This document shows, piece by piece, positions 8,601 through 17,982 of a DNA stretch of 64,000 nt. Made by a program: the position numbers and the translations under genes. The stretch's first letter is position 1, and every line of letters starts with the position of its first letter. The stretch is from Planctomycetota bacterium (GTDB lineage Bacteria > Planctomycetota > Phycisphaerae > WQYP01): contig JAJYZF010000016.1 of the NCBI GenBank assembly GCA_021800165.1, forward strand, positions 1,223-65,222, written 5' to 3'. The notes beneath the pieces are model-generated. The model saw only the letters and a list, made by a program, of their open reading frames with translations. It did no database searches and was not told the origin of the DNA.

Positions 8601-11600
8601 ATGAACAATGATATCAATCAACACCCAAAAAACGCGACCTCGCCTCTTACCTCCGCCACCAAGACTGCCATCTTTGTCGTTGGCTTCCATCGCAGCGGCA
8701 CCTCCGCTTTCGCTCGCTTCTGCAACTTGCTGGGAGCCCAGATGCCCACAGGCGCTGGATTGATCGCTCCGGATAACCCGACGGGATTCTGGGAGCCAGA
8801 ATCCATTGTTGCCATACATGATCAGTTTCTGGCGTCCAGTGGGTTGTCGTGGGATACGGTCGACGAGATGCCACAATCTGCATTTGACGGCCCAAATGGT
8901 ACCGCAGCACGCGGGAAGTTGCGGTACTGGCTCGCCCGCGAACTCGCCGGCACGGATTTACTGGTGCTTAAGGATCCACGGCTGTGCATGTTGTTGCCGT
9001 TGTGGGTACCGGTGGTTAAAGACCTGAACATTCGTCCCGTTTATTTGATCCCCTTCCGGAATCCGCTTGAGACCGCACAATCTCTTAAGCAGCGCAACAG
9101 CCTGCCAATTTCGCTGGGATTGGCGCTTTGGTCACAATATATTGTCGCCACGGAGCGTCATACGCGCCAAGCTCCGCGGGTATTCGTGTCATACGATGCC
9201 CTGCTGCAGGATTGGTCCCGATGCGCCGCAATGATTAGTAGACGACTAGATCTGCGCTGGCCCGTCGATTTCATGGTAGCCCAACCGCGGATCGACGAAT
9301 TCCTGTCGGCACGGTTGCGTCACCATGAGGCTACATGGGCCAGCCTGATGCAAATACCGGAATCCAACTTGTGGATACAAGGGTTGTACCGCACACTGAA
9401 ACGGCTGGAAAATGATCCTTCGCTCGACGTCGCTGGAGAAATCGGCGAAGCTGCACAGAATCTCAAGACCTTATGGCTTGTCACGCGGCAGGCTCAGGCC
9501 TACGCCTCGGGGTTGAAGGATCAAATCCAGGCCGCAAACCTCGCGGCGGAGCAACTCCAACGCGACCATACCGCCGAATCAACAAAGCTCAAGGACCAAA
9601 TCCAGGCCGCAAACCTCGCGGCGGAGCAACTCCAGCGCGACCATACCACCGAATCAGCAAAGCTCAAGGACCAAATCCAGGCCGCAAAATTGGATTTGCA
9701 GCGAACCGGGATCGAACGTGACCATCTGGCCAGCATTGAGACCCAGTTGCGGCGACAAATTTACGACTTCGAGCACTCCAGGTCGTGGCGGTATACGCGC
9801 CCTTTACGTCAGTTTCGCGGAGCCGTTCGTCTGAAGTTCTCATGGATTTTGTCTCTCTCCAGACGATCAGCATCGGTTATTCGCCATCAAGGGCTGATGG
9901 CTTTCTTCACGCGAGCCAGAGGCTATCTTCACAACCGCTGGCGGTATCAATGGAAGAGATTCCCGAGGGCCTTTTCCGATCAAAGCATGCACGTACAAAA
10001 AAAGGAATCGGATCCGGTCATCATCGCCAGCGTAATAATTCCCGTGTATGACAGAACAGATATCTTGCGTCAAGCCATTACCTCAGCGCTCAACCAGACC
10101 GTCGGAAATATCGAGGTGATCTTGGTGACGGATGGTTCACCACCTGAGACTGTGGCCGTCGTAAACGAGTTCCGCAGAGATCCTCGCGTGAGAGTGTTTA
10201 ATTATCCTGAAAAGTCCGGCACCGCAGTTCGGGGCCGCAACAAGGGCATACTTGAAGCGAGAGGAAAATACATAGCCTTTCTTGACAGTGACGACATCGC
10301 CGATCCGCAGCGCCTTGAGAAAAGTCTTCCCGTGCTTGAAACGGGCGCGGCGGATGTTGTCTACGGAGCATGGAAAGCGATGCTCGATGGATCGCGAAAA
10401 ATGGAGGATCTGTTACATGACCAGGTGGTTGTCAGTCCCAATTGCGATTTAAAAATGTTGCTGCAGGTGTGCGTTCCATGCCAAAGCACTGTGACGGTCC
10501 GCAAAAGCCTCTTTGATAAAGTGGGATTGCTCAAAAGGCACATGCGCTATAGGGAAGATCACGAGCTATGGGTCCGCTTGGCCCATTATGGAGCTCGCTT
10601 CCAATCAATACCCGAGGTGTTAGTCCAACTCCGGTTGCATAAAGGCAATAACGAGCTGAATTTCAAGGCTGATGATCATCAATGGGCGGAAGCCTTGCAG
10701 GCCGAATACAAATTGCCCGGCCCCAAGCCCAAGAAAATAGTCTTTATTCTGCCCGGCGTCGGTATCTCCGGAGGTGTAGCCGTGGTCTTCAAGCACGCCC
10801 TGGCGCTGATGGAAGCAGGCCATGATGTTACGATAGTCAATATTGGCGTAGAACAAAAATGTGATTGGTTCCCGGACAATTCCATTCCTATCGTCCATGG
10901 TTCGGATGAACGGGATTACCTTTTTGATAACATAGATCTACTTTTTGCGACAGGATGGTCAACCGTAGAATGGTTGGAGCGATATCGAGCAAAGCGAAAA
11001 CTATACTTCGTTCAATCTGATGAACGCCGTTTCGTTGACGAATACGGCCTGAAGCAGAAAATTCATAATGAATACAAAACGCCCTGTGAATATGTCACAA
11101 TAGCGCGGTGGCTCAAAGCCATGTTGAAAGACGAGTTTGGCCATGAGGCCGCCTATGTTCCCAATGGGATCGATCTTAAGGCCCTTTATCCAGGCAGTCC
11201 CTTAAGCCCAAAATGCGGCCCGCGTCTTCGTGTCCTCATCGAAGGACCTATCACGATTCCTTTTAAGGGCATGGCTGACGCACACGCGGCAATCGCCACG
11301 CTCGACTGCGACATTTGGATTGTCAGCAGTAGCGGACGACCGCCCCCTCATTGGAGATATAACCGATTCTTTGAAGCTGTTCCTTTTACCGGAATGAGGG
11401 AAATATATGCATCCTGCGATATATTTCTCAAAATGAGCCGGATTGAAGGGTTCGGATTACCGCCGCTGGAGGCAATGGCCTGCGGGTGCGCCGTAGTTAT
11501 CGGACGGGTTGAGGGTTGTGATGAATATGCGAAAAATGGCTATAATGCGATCGTTGTCGATCAGGGGAACATCGAAGCGGCAAAGTGTGCGGTTCAACAT

Positions 11601-11774
11601 CTGATAAATGACCAAGCGCTACGGCAGAAGCTTGTCACCAACGGATTTCAAACTGCGCGCCAATGGACATGGGAAAACGCAACCAAAGCGATGCTGGCGG
11701 TGGTGGTAGGACCAGACGCGGACAATGATGATTCTTCGGGCAAACGAGTGGACAAGGTAGGCTCGAAAATGTGA
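8601..11774 (+). CDS. Multidomain glycan synthase: N-terminal sulfotransferase domain, coiled-coil with tandem repeats, GT2 domain, C-terminal GT4 (GT-B) domain
   Basis: N-terminal domain: FVVGFHRSGTSAFARF (5'-PSB-like P-loop) and LVLKDPRLCMLLPLW (3'-PB-like). Coiled-coil region: KDQIQAANLAAEQLQRDHTxESxKL repeated about 2.3 times. GT2 domain: SVIIPVYDR...VILVTDGS...YIAFLDSDD. GT4 domain: KIVFILPGVGISGGVAVV...EGFGLPPLEAMACGCAVV. The first ATG is at 8601. ORF 8529..11774 begins at a TTG at 8529, immediately after the wzt stop, which is an alternative start. Confidence 0.8.
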   Translation: MNNDINQHPKNATSPLTSATKTAIFVVGFHRSGTSAFARFCNLLGAQMPTGAGLIAPDNPTGFWEPESIVAIHDQFLASSGLSWDTVDEMPQSAFDGPNGTAARGKLRYWLARELAGTDLLVLKDPRLCMLLPLWVPVVKDLNIRPVYLIPFRNPLETAQSLKQRNSLPISLGLALWSQYIVATERHTRQAPRVFVSYDALLQDWSRCAAMISRRLDLRWPVDFMVAQPRIDEFLSARLRHHEATWASLMQIPESNLWIQGLYRTLKRLENDPSLDVAGEIGEAAQNLKTLWLVTRQAQAYASGLKDQIQAANLAAEQLQRDHTAESTKLKDQIQAANLAAEQLQRDHTTESAKLKDQIQAAKLDLQRTGIERDHLASIETQLRRQIYDFEHSRSWRYTRPLRQFRGAVRLKFSWILSLSRRSASVIRHQGLMAFFTRARGYLHNRWRYQWKRFPRAFSDQSMHVQKKESDPVIIASVIIPVYDRTDILRQAITSALNQTVGNIEVILVTDGSPPETVAVVNEFRRDPRVRVFNYPEKSGTAVRGRNKGILEARGKYIAFLDSDDIADPQRLEKSLPVLETGAADVVYGAWKAMLDGSRKMEDLLHDQVVVSPNCDLKMLLQVCVPCQSTVTVRKSLFDKVGLLKRHMRYREDHELWVRLAHYGARFQSIPEVLVQLRLHKGNNELNFKADDHQWAEALQAEYKLPGPKPKKIVFILPGVGISGGVAVVFKHALALMEAGHDVTIVNIGVEQKCDWFPDNSIPIVHGSDERDYLFDNIDLLFATGWSTVEWLERYRAKRKLYFVQSDERRFVDEYGLKQKIHNEYKTPCEYVTIARWLKAMLKDEFGHEAAYVPNGIDLKALYPGSPLSPKCGPRLRVLIEGPITIPFKGMADAHAAIATLDCDIWIVSSSGRPPPHWRYNRFFEAVPFTGMREIYASCDIFLKMSRIEGFGLPPLEAMACGCAVVIGRVEGCDEYAKNGYNAIVVDQGNIEAAKCAVQHLINDQALRQKLVTNGFQTARQWTWENATKAMLAVVVGPDADNDDSSGKRVDKVGSKM
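9516..9690 (+). repeat. 78-bp (26-codon) in-frame tandem repeat, ~2.3 copies, inside the coiled-coil segment of the synthase gene
   Basis: AAGGA(T/C)CAAATCCAGGCCGCAAACCTCGCGGCGGAGCAACTCCA(A/G)CGCGACCATACC(G/A)CCGAATCA(A/G)CAAAGCTC occurs at 9516 and 9594, with a partial third copy from 9672. Confidence 0.9.
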
Positions 11775-12092
11775 TTTGGTGGGCTTCTGGCCGTGATTTT
11801 TCAGCCTTTCGGAGCGCGGTCATCATTTGTGGCAAACGGTGCGGTGGAGGCGGCGTCCCAGTTCTTAATATACTCGATGCGGCCATTGGTCGGCAGCCAT
11901 AAACCGTTTGAACTCTTTGGAGTTGTTCGTAACAGTTTGCGACGAGCTACCCCTTGAGCCTGCATGCCAAGCGTTCCCGGAGAACTACAGCCCAGCTCCG
12001 GATGGAAGAAAATAGCTCCCCAGCACAACAGTCGCACCAGAGATCAAGGCGCAAAAACTACCTGAAATGGAGCCGCTGGCGGCGGCCCCCGA

Positions 12093-13958
12093 TCAGGAAA
12101 TGGTGCTCCTGAAAGTGGACGAAGGTACACCGCTTTGCGGGTTGATCACCGTAAACGTAACGTTGTTTCCCGAAGCGATGATCCAACCATTGGTGCCGTA
12201 GGCACCCGTTAAGCCGCTGATGACGATCTGGGTGTTCGTCCATGAGGTCACATTGGTGGTAACGCCATCACCAGTGTTGCCCCCCGCCCAAGGGCCTGCG
12301 GTATCCACCAGCTTAAGGTCGGCGCTGTCGCCATTGTATGGCGATTGCACCCCAAAGCCACTGCCATCAATTGTAATCTGCCAGTTGTTGCTGGTGCCCG
12401 CGAGAAGTTGCGACGAAACCGACGAGATCACCGGATTTGGGGTTGTGGGCATGGCATAGCTAAACGTGGTTGCGGCAATACCGGACTGCGGATTGGAAAC
12501 ATTGATGGCTAGCGCATCACCCGGACTGATCACCCAGCCGTTGGTGCCATACGCACCCGTCAAGCCGCTGATGACAATTTGGCTGTCCGTCCACGAGGTG
12601 ACATTAGCCGTCACACCGTTGCCCGTATTACCCCCCGCCCAGGGGCCTGTGGTATCCACCAGCTTAAGATCGGTGCTGTCGCCATTGTATGGTGATTGAG
12701 CGCCAAAGCCGCTGCCATTAATTGTGATATCCCAGTTGTTGCTGCTGCCCGCAAGAAGTTGCGTAGCAACCGAGGCAATCACGGGCGTCAACGCCGGAAC
12801 AGTATAGGAAGCTGGATTGGACACAAGACCATCTTGGACGTTATTAACAGTGAAACTCAATTGGTTCCCCGTATTAATCACCCAGCCGTTGGTGCCATAC
12901 GCTCCCGTCAAGCCGCTGACGACAATTTGGCTATCCGTCCACGAGGTGACATTAGCCGTCACACCGTTGCCCGTATTGCCGCCAGCCCACGGGCCGGTGG
13001 TATCCACCAGCTTAAAATCGGCGCTGTCGCCGTTGTAGGCCCCTTGAGTGCCGAATCCGGTGCCATTGATCGTGATCTGCCAATTATTGGGATTGCTCGC
13101 AATGGCCTGGATGGAAATGGAAGTGATATCAGGCGTCGCAATGGCGTACGAAAACTGGGGAGCGGCAAGGCCGTCTTGGGGATTATTCACCGTAAAAATC
13201 AGGGTGTCGCCGGGATTGACCACCCAACCGTTGGTGCCGTAGGCCCCACTCAGCGAACCGATAACAATTTGGTCGTTGGTCCAGGAGGTAACATCAGCCG
13301 TCACACCGTTGCCCGTCTTGCCGCCAGCCCACGGCCCAGCGGTATCAACAAATTTCAGGTCCGCATTATCGCCAGTATATGCCGCTTGTAAGCCAAGACC
13401 ATGGCCGTTTATTGTGATCGCCCAGTTGTTTATGCTCGTCAACCGCTGTACAGACACTGCGTCAATCTGCGGAGTTCCCGGAACTGTCTGGTAGGTAACG
13501 GCGGCGACATTCGTTTGTGGATTCGTTACGCTGATCACCAGGGAATCCGCCGGACTGATTAGCGCACCGTTCACCCCATACGACCCGCTCAAACCGTCAA
13601 TGATAATTTGGTTGTTTGTCCAAGAGGTTACGTTCACGCCAACCCCGTCGCCTGCTTGGCCGGCCGCAAAAACCCCGGCATCTACCACTACCAGATCGCC
13701 GCTTCCACTTCCGCTATACGCCGCACTGGTGCCGAGATTACTTCCGTTGATGGTAATGGAATAATTGTTGGTGCTCCCCAACTCCGTCGCAATCACCGAC
13801 GTTATCACGGGTGTCGCACTAAGCATCACGCGAGGCTCCAAGGCCTCAAACAAGCGCCGAGGCCGATGGGAATGTTTGCGACTTTGTGACTCATTGACCA
13901 TTCTCTTGGAATTGGATACCTGACGGCCATGACGCATGACTCGAGATAACAGACTCAT
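12093..13958 (-). CDS. LEPR-XLL domain protein with six tandem ~95-aa beta-rich repeat domains (secreted, function unknown)
   Basis: The N-terminus reads HRPRRLFEALEPRVMLSA (LEPR-XLL motif). Six repeats follow, each with consensus NNWxITINGSGFGxQxxYNGDSADLKLVDTxGPWAGGNTGNGVTANVTSWTxxQIVISGLTGAYGTNGWVIxxGxxLxFTVxNPQxG. Confidence 0.8.
   Translation of the reverse strand: MSLLSRVMRHGRQVSNSKRMVNESQSRKHSHRPRRLFEALEPRVMLSATPVITSVIATELGSTNNYSITINGSNLGTSAAYSGSGSGDLVVVDAGVFAAGQAGDGVGVNVTSWTNNQIIIDGLSGSYGVNGALISPADSLVISVTNPQTNVAAVTYQTVPGTPQIDAVSVQRLTSINNWAITINGHGLGLQAAYTGDNADLKFVDTAGPWAGGKTGNGVTADVTSWTNDQIVIGSLSGAYGTNGWVVNPGDTLIFTVNNPQDGLAAPQFSYAIATPDITSISIQAIASNPNNWQITINGTGFGTQGAYNGDSADFKLVDTTGPWAGGNTGNGVTANVTSWTDSQIVVSGLTGAYGTNGWVINTGNQLSFTVNNVQDGLVSNPASYTVPALTPVIASVATQLLAGSSNNWDITINGSGFGAQSPYNGDSTDLKLVDTTGPWAGGNTGNGVTANVTSWTDSQIVISGLTGAYGTNGWVISPGDALAINVSNPQSGIAATTFSYAMPTTPNPVISSVSSQLLAGTSNNWQITIDGSGFGVQSPYNGDSADLKLVDTAGPWAGGNTGDGVTTNVTSWTNTQIVISGLTGAYGTNGWIIASGNNVTFTVINPQSGVPSSTFRSTIS
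12150..13815 (-). repeat. Coding tandem repeat array, period ~285 bp, six copies
   Basis: DNA-level periodicity is visible as near-identical antisense shadow ORFs at 12220, 12466, 12817 and 13276. It is a coding tandem repeat, not a CRISPR array: there are no short fixed repeats with spacers. Confidence 0.85.
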
Positions 13959-14541
13959 AAAAACTCTCCAGAAACAATAGCCAACAGAATAAACATCAGA
14001 CCGCCACTATCATATTCATAGTATACACACTTGGCGGTAATAAGGCAAGAAAAGGCGAGGCAAGGGTGCCCCAAGACCGGGCGGGAGCCACTGTCCGTCA
14101 TGGGCAGGTCCGAGATCCAAAATCCTTCCGACTAGGTTAAATTGCTACACGCACGGCCATTTACGCGTTCATGTAATAAGCGAGAGAGGATATGCCATCT
14201 TGGGCGTTCCCCACAAAGAACATCATGAGGTTCCCGGGATTAATCACCCAGCCGTTAAGCCCGTAGGCACCCGTCAGGGCGCTGATAACGATCTGGTTAT
14301 TTGTCCATGATGTAACATCCGTCTCCACTCCATCTCCGGTATTGCCCGCCACCATAGCAGTGGTGAAGTCACCAATTCCCAAGTCCGCGCTATCGCCATT
14401 GTACGCCGCTTGAGTACCGAAGTTACTGCCGCTTATCGTGATGTGCCAATTGTTTGGACTACCGGCTACAACCCGGCTGGTCACAGACGAGATTTCCGGA
14501 ACTATCGCCGGCATGGTGTACGAAAAGCCCGCCGACGCTAA

Positions 14542-16375
14542 CCTGACTTCCCCCGATGAAGAGCGAAAGTCCTTGGTTTGCGGCCTTTCCGCGGTAATGC
14601 ACTTGCTACAATCAACCCGGTGCCCACGCTGGCGGCTGGGTAAACAGTGGCAGCAGCTCCAGTTGGCCGAGGATGGCGTTAAGGTCTTTGGGCACGCGGG
14701 TAACCTTGGTTTTGAGCCTTTTACCGTTCACCTCCAGACGTCCCAGCCGGATGGTCTGTAATTGCCGGAGCAAATGATGTACTTCAATAGTCTGGCCTTT
14801 GCGCCGCCATTGGGCCTCAAGTTTGGCGCTGAGCCAATAGGCCAGGAAGCAGATTCGCACATGATTGCGCACGCGATCAGGGCGGTAATGAAATACCGGG
14901 CGTACACGCAGATAATCTTTCAGATGGCAGAAGGCATCTTCAACTTCCAACAAGTTCTTATAATGCACGACCACTCCCGCGTTGGAGATCCGTTGGGCCG
15001 AGGCATTGGTTCGCAGGAGATACAGGCCGTCGCGTTGGGCTTCGGCCCGGATCAAATCTTGGCGATGACTCCATTGTAACTGCCCTTTCTCATCCACTGC
15101 GTAATGGAAATATTTGTGGGCCTTAAGCCGTTGCAGCATCCGTCCCACCTGGCGGGCCAGCTTTTGCGCGTTGACCTTCTTACGCGGCACCGCCGCCATT
15201 CGCTGGAGTTCGTTTTCCGCCTTGGTGATGCGGGCCTGGCGTCGCTGCCGGTCCCGCTCTTGCCGCCACGGTCCCCCGGCAATCACATACCGTTGACCCT
15301 CTTTAACTATTTCCATCAGCCCTGTGCGATCCCACAGTTCAGGCGACTGATCGCTGGGTAATTCCGCCAACAGTTCAGCCAAAACCCCTGCCCCGCAGCG
15401 GGTCACATACATCAGGCCCAGCGCCTCGATCGCCTCCAAATTCACCTTACTACTCATGCCGCCATCGAAGACGAACACCGCCTCCTGAATCCCCAAACGC
15501 CGACGCAACGTATGGAGCAACCCCTGCAAGGTCGTGGTATCGCCCCGGTTGCCCCGCAAGACCTCCAAGTGCAACGGCAGACCTTTGGTATCGGTGGCTA
15601 CGGCCAAGAGCACCTGGGGACGATCGCCGCGATGGTCCCGACTGTAGCCGTAGCGACTGATCCCCGCCGGTCCCTGGCCTTCAAAGTACACACTGGTCAA
15701 GTCATAGAGCACCAGCGAGACGCCTGAATTCAAGCCTTGGGCATAGAGTTGCTTTTCCATGGCCACCCAACGCCCGTTGAATTCATCCATCGCCGCATAC
15801 AGGTCGTCTTCATCGAAGGTCTCCCGATCCTGCCAGAGCCCGCAGGCGGCGGCCAACAGCGTGCCCCGGGCGTGATCCCGCAAGGCCAGCTTGGCGCTGG
15901 GGAACAAGATACGCCCAAAGATCATGGCCTTGATGAGGCCGGCGTGCCGTGGCACCGCAACTGCCGCCAGAACTTTATCCAACCCGAAGTCATCCCAGGC
16001 CCGGCGTAACACGGCCAGGCCGCCAAAGCTCTGGGCTTCCGACAACTCCAGGCTCTCCAAGTCCACCAAGTTCTGGCCCCGCAAAGATTGGGCGATGAGT
16101 TGGCGGGTCTGGGGCGGCAAGGCGGTGATATTGCAAAGGGTGCGTGAGCGTGGCCCCTTGGGGGTGCGGAAGGATTCACGCACCAGGTAGGTGAGGTAGG
16201 TTTTCTTGCCGCGTTTACAGGTGGTCGTCTGCACAAACATACAAGCTACATGTTACTAGGATATAAACCATAATACAAGCATCATATACAATAATATAGC
16301 CGAAGATTACTTGCTACATTTTTGCCCAAAACAGCGTTTTTACGGCCTTTTTTAAAAAGCCGGGGGGAAGTCAGG
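14542..16375 (-). mobile_element. IS4-superfamily (IS1634-like) insertion sequence, 1834 bp, terminal inverted repeats CCTGACTTCCCCC(C)G, 4-bp target duplication CTAA
   Basis: IRL lies at 14542..14555 and IRR at 16361..16375 (reverse complement CCTGACTTCCCCCCG). CTAA occurs at 14538..14541 and again at 16376..16379. The element carries a single 542-aa DDE transposase ORF. Confidence 0.8.
14612..16240 (-). CDS. DDE transposase, IS4 superfamily (IS1634-like)
   Basis: 542 aa, with the motifs YDLTSVYFEG...SRDHRGDRPQV, FVFDGGMSS and HYKNLLEVEDAFCHLK (a Y..E..K-type C-terminal signature). The size is typical of IS1634-group transposases. Confidence 0.75.
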   Translation of the reverse strand: MFVQTTTCKRGKKTYLTYLVRESFRTPKGPRSRTLCNITALPPQTRQLIAQSLRGQNLVDLESLELSEAQSFGGLAVLRRAWDDFGLDKVLAAVAVPRHAGLIKAMIFGRILFPSAKLALRDHARGTLLAAACGLWQDRETFDEDDLYAAMDEFNGRWVAMEKQLYAQGLNSGVSLVLYDLTSVYFEGQGPAGISRYGYSRDHRGDRPQVLLAVATDTKGLPLHLEVLRGNRGDTTTLQGLLHTLRRRLGIQEAVFVFDGGMSSKVNLEAIEALGLMYVTRCGAGVLAELLAELPSDQSPELWDRTGLMEIVKEGQRYVIAGGPWRQERDRQRRQARITKAENELQRMAAVPRKKVNAQKLARQVGRMLQRLKAHKYFHYAVDEKGQLQWSHRQDLIRAEAQRDGLYLLRTNASAQRISNAGVVVHYKNLLEVEDAFCHLKDYLRVRPVFHYRPDRVRNHVRICFLAYWLSAKLEAQWRRKGQTIEVHHLLRQLQTIRLGRLEVNGKRLKTKVTRVPKDLNAILGQLELLPLFTQPPAWAPG

Positions 16376-17180
16376 CTAAGCCATCTTGCGCATTACTCGC
16401 CGCAAGGATGAGCGAGTCGCCAGCATTGATCACCCAGCCATTAGAACCATACGCTCCGGTTAAAGAACTAATTACAATCTGATTGTTGTTCCATGAGGTC
16501 ACATTCGCCCCGACGCCATCCCCAGTATTGCCCGCCACCATAGCAGTCGTGAAGTCACCAATTTCCAAGTCCGCGCTGTCGCCATTGTACGCCGCTTGAG
16601 TACCAAAGCCACTGCCATTAATGGTAATCTGCCAGTTGCTCCCACCTCCTAATGCAACCATCGACACCTCGGAAATTACCGGAGCCGGACCGGCAACCTC
16701 CGCAACCAAACCTGGCACCAGTAAATTAGCTATCGGAGAACCGCGGCCGGTTACCAGATTATAGCCGGGGCCGGCCCAATAGCCGCCATTACCGCCGGTG
16801 GTTATCGCATGAAAATCCCCGGCCGGCAGAGCGTATAGGTCCGGCAGTGTTTGCGTGGCCCCGGCCAAAGACCCATCGCCCGCCAGCGCCAACCCCTGAT
16901 CGGCAATGGCAATAATGCCTGCCCAGGCAGGGGCACCCACACTTGTACCACCCTCCTCGGCCCATGGAGTGGATGCTCCATTGCCGGTGTTATAAACCGC
17001 CACCCCGGTGTTGGGATCGCCATCAAAAGCCACATCCGGAATGGTACGTGCCGTGACACTTTGCGTGACAACACCCTGCTGATACCCAGGCTGAGCTTCA
17101 TATTGGCTGATGCCGCCACCGCTGCCGCTCCAAGCGGTCTCACTGATGTAATTACCCTGACTATCCATATTCAGCGTAGT

Positions 17181-17188
17181 CCCCCCCC
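17181..17188 (-). other. C8/G8 homopolymer tract causing a +1 frameshift in the protease gene
   Basis: Plus strand tagtCCCCCCCCac. The two overlapping ORFs (17161..17967 and 16371..17258) are offset by one frame exactly across this tract. Confidence 0.8.
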
Positions 17189-17982
17189 ACCGCCAGCACA
17201 TTGGGCGAATACGCCGGATAATACCCCGGTGAACCGTTGTCACCAGTGCTGGCCACAAAAGTCACGCCCGTATGGCCGCTGGGGGTTGTAAAATAAGTAT
17301 CGTAGGAGGTTTCAAAATTGGTTTCGGCGGAACCATAACTCATGGAAACCACCGATACCCCCGGCTGCCGGGCGGCGAATTGGGCTGCCGCATAAAGATC
17401 CGTTGACGAATTAGTATTGGCCTCCACCAACAAGATGTTGGCCTGCGGCGCAACGGCATGTGCCCATTCTACATCCAACGCGACCTCGCCAAAGTATCCC
17501 CCACCACCGGTACCCGGATAATTGGTCCCGCCGGTCTGATTTACCTTGGTAAACGACGGCGGATTCGGTAGCCCAAAATCCTGATCGAACTGATATAAGT
17601 CGCTGCCGGAGAAGCTCGGACTGCCGCTGCTGACGAAATACGGATCATTGTACGGATCAATGATGGCGATCGTTTGACCCGCTCCGCTTCCGGCAACCGC
17701 ACCGCCATCGAATGAAATCTGGTTGATGCCGTAGGCCTGCCGAATTTCCGCGGGGGTGTGGCCATACGCGGAGGAACCGCCGTCCGAAGCTGTCACCATC
17801 AGTGTGGGTCCGACCGCGTGGAAAGCGGAAAGCAGCAGACGCGGTTCCAACGGCTCAAAGAAACCACGCCGACAGGCGTGGCGTTTGCGCTGATCCACAG
17901 CTAGAGACACCGCGCCGTTTTTTCTCCCTTGGAACAATCGCCCAAGCCAACTCATTGTCGTCGCCATCCAAGCTATGGCCGC

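Larger units (their letters stand above)
14161..17967 (-). pseudogene. LEPR-XLL S8/S53-family serine protease with two C-terminal repeat domains, disrupted by an IS insertion (14542..16375) and a homopolymer frameshift (17181..17188)
   Basis: ORF 17161..17967: N-terminus ...RRGFFEPLEPRLLLSA plus a peptidase S8/S53 core (QTIAIIDPYNDP, HGT, SMSYG). ORF 16371..17258: the catalytic Ser region GGTSVGAPAWAGIIAIADQ plus one repeat domain. ORF 14161..14514: a second repeat domain. Deleting the IS and one CTAA copy joins ...NAQDGLA to SAGFSYTMPAIVPEISS... in frame, reproducing the inter-domain linker seen in the neighbouring 6-repeat gene. Removing one G from the G8 tract joins ...PNVLAVGG to TTLNMDSQ..., restoring a conserved AVGGT-type motif. 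Confidence 0.8.

Noticed and set aside
11775-12092. Short minus-strand ORFs 11635..11886 and 11801..12037 in the convergent intergenic region
   Set aside because: They overlap the 3' end of the synthase gene, lie in a convergent spacer, and show no coding signal.
12093-13958. The ~285-bp repeat array as a CRISPR array
   Set aside because: The repeats are long, coding, in frame and contiguous without unique spacers. They are protein-domain tandem repeats.
16371-17967. Treating ORFs 16371..17258 and 17161..17967 as two independent genes
   Set aside because: They are consecutive parts of one peptidase, split only by a +1 shift in a G8 tract. Joining them restores a conserved motif.
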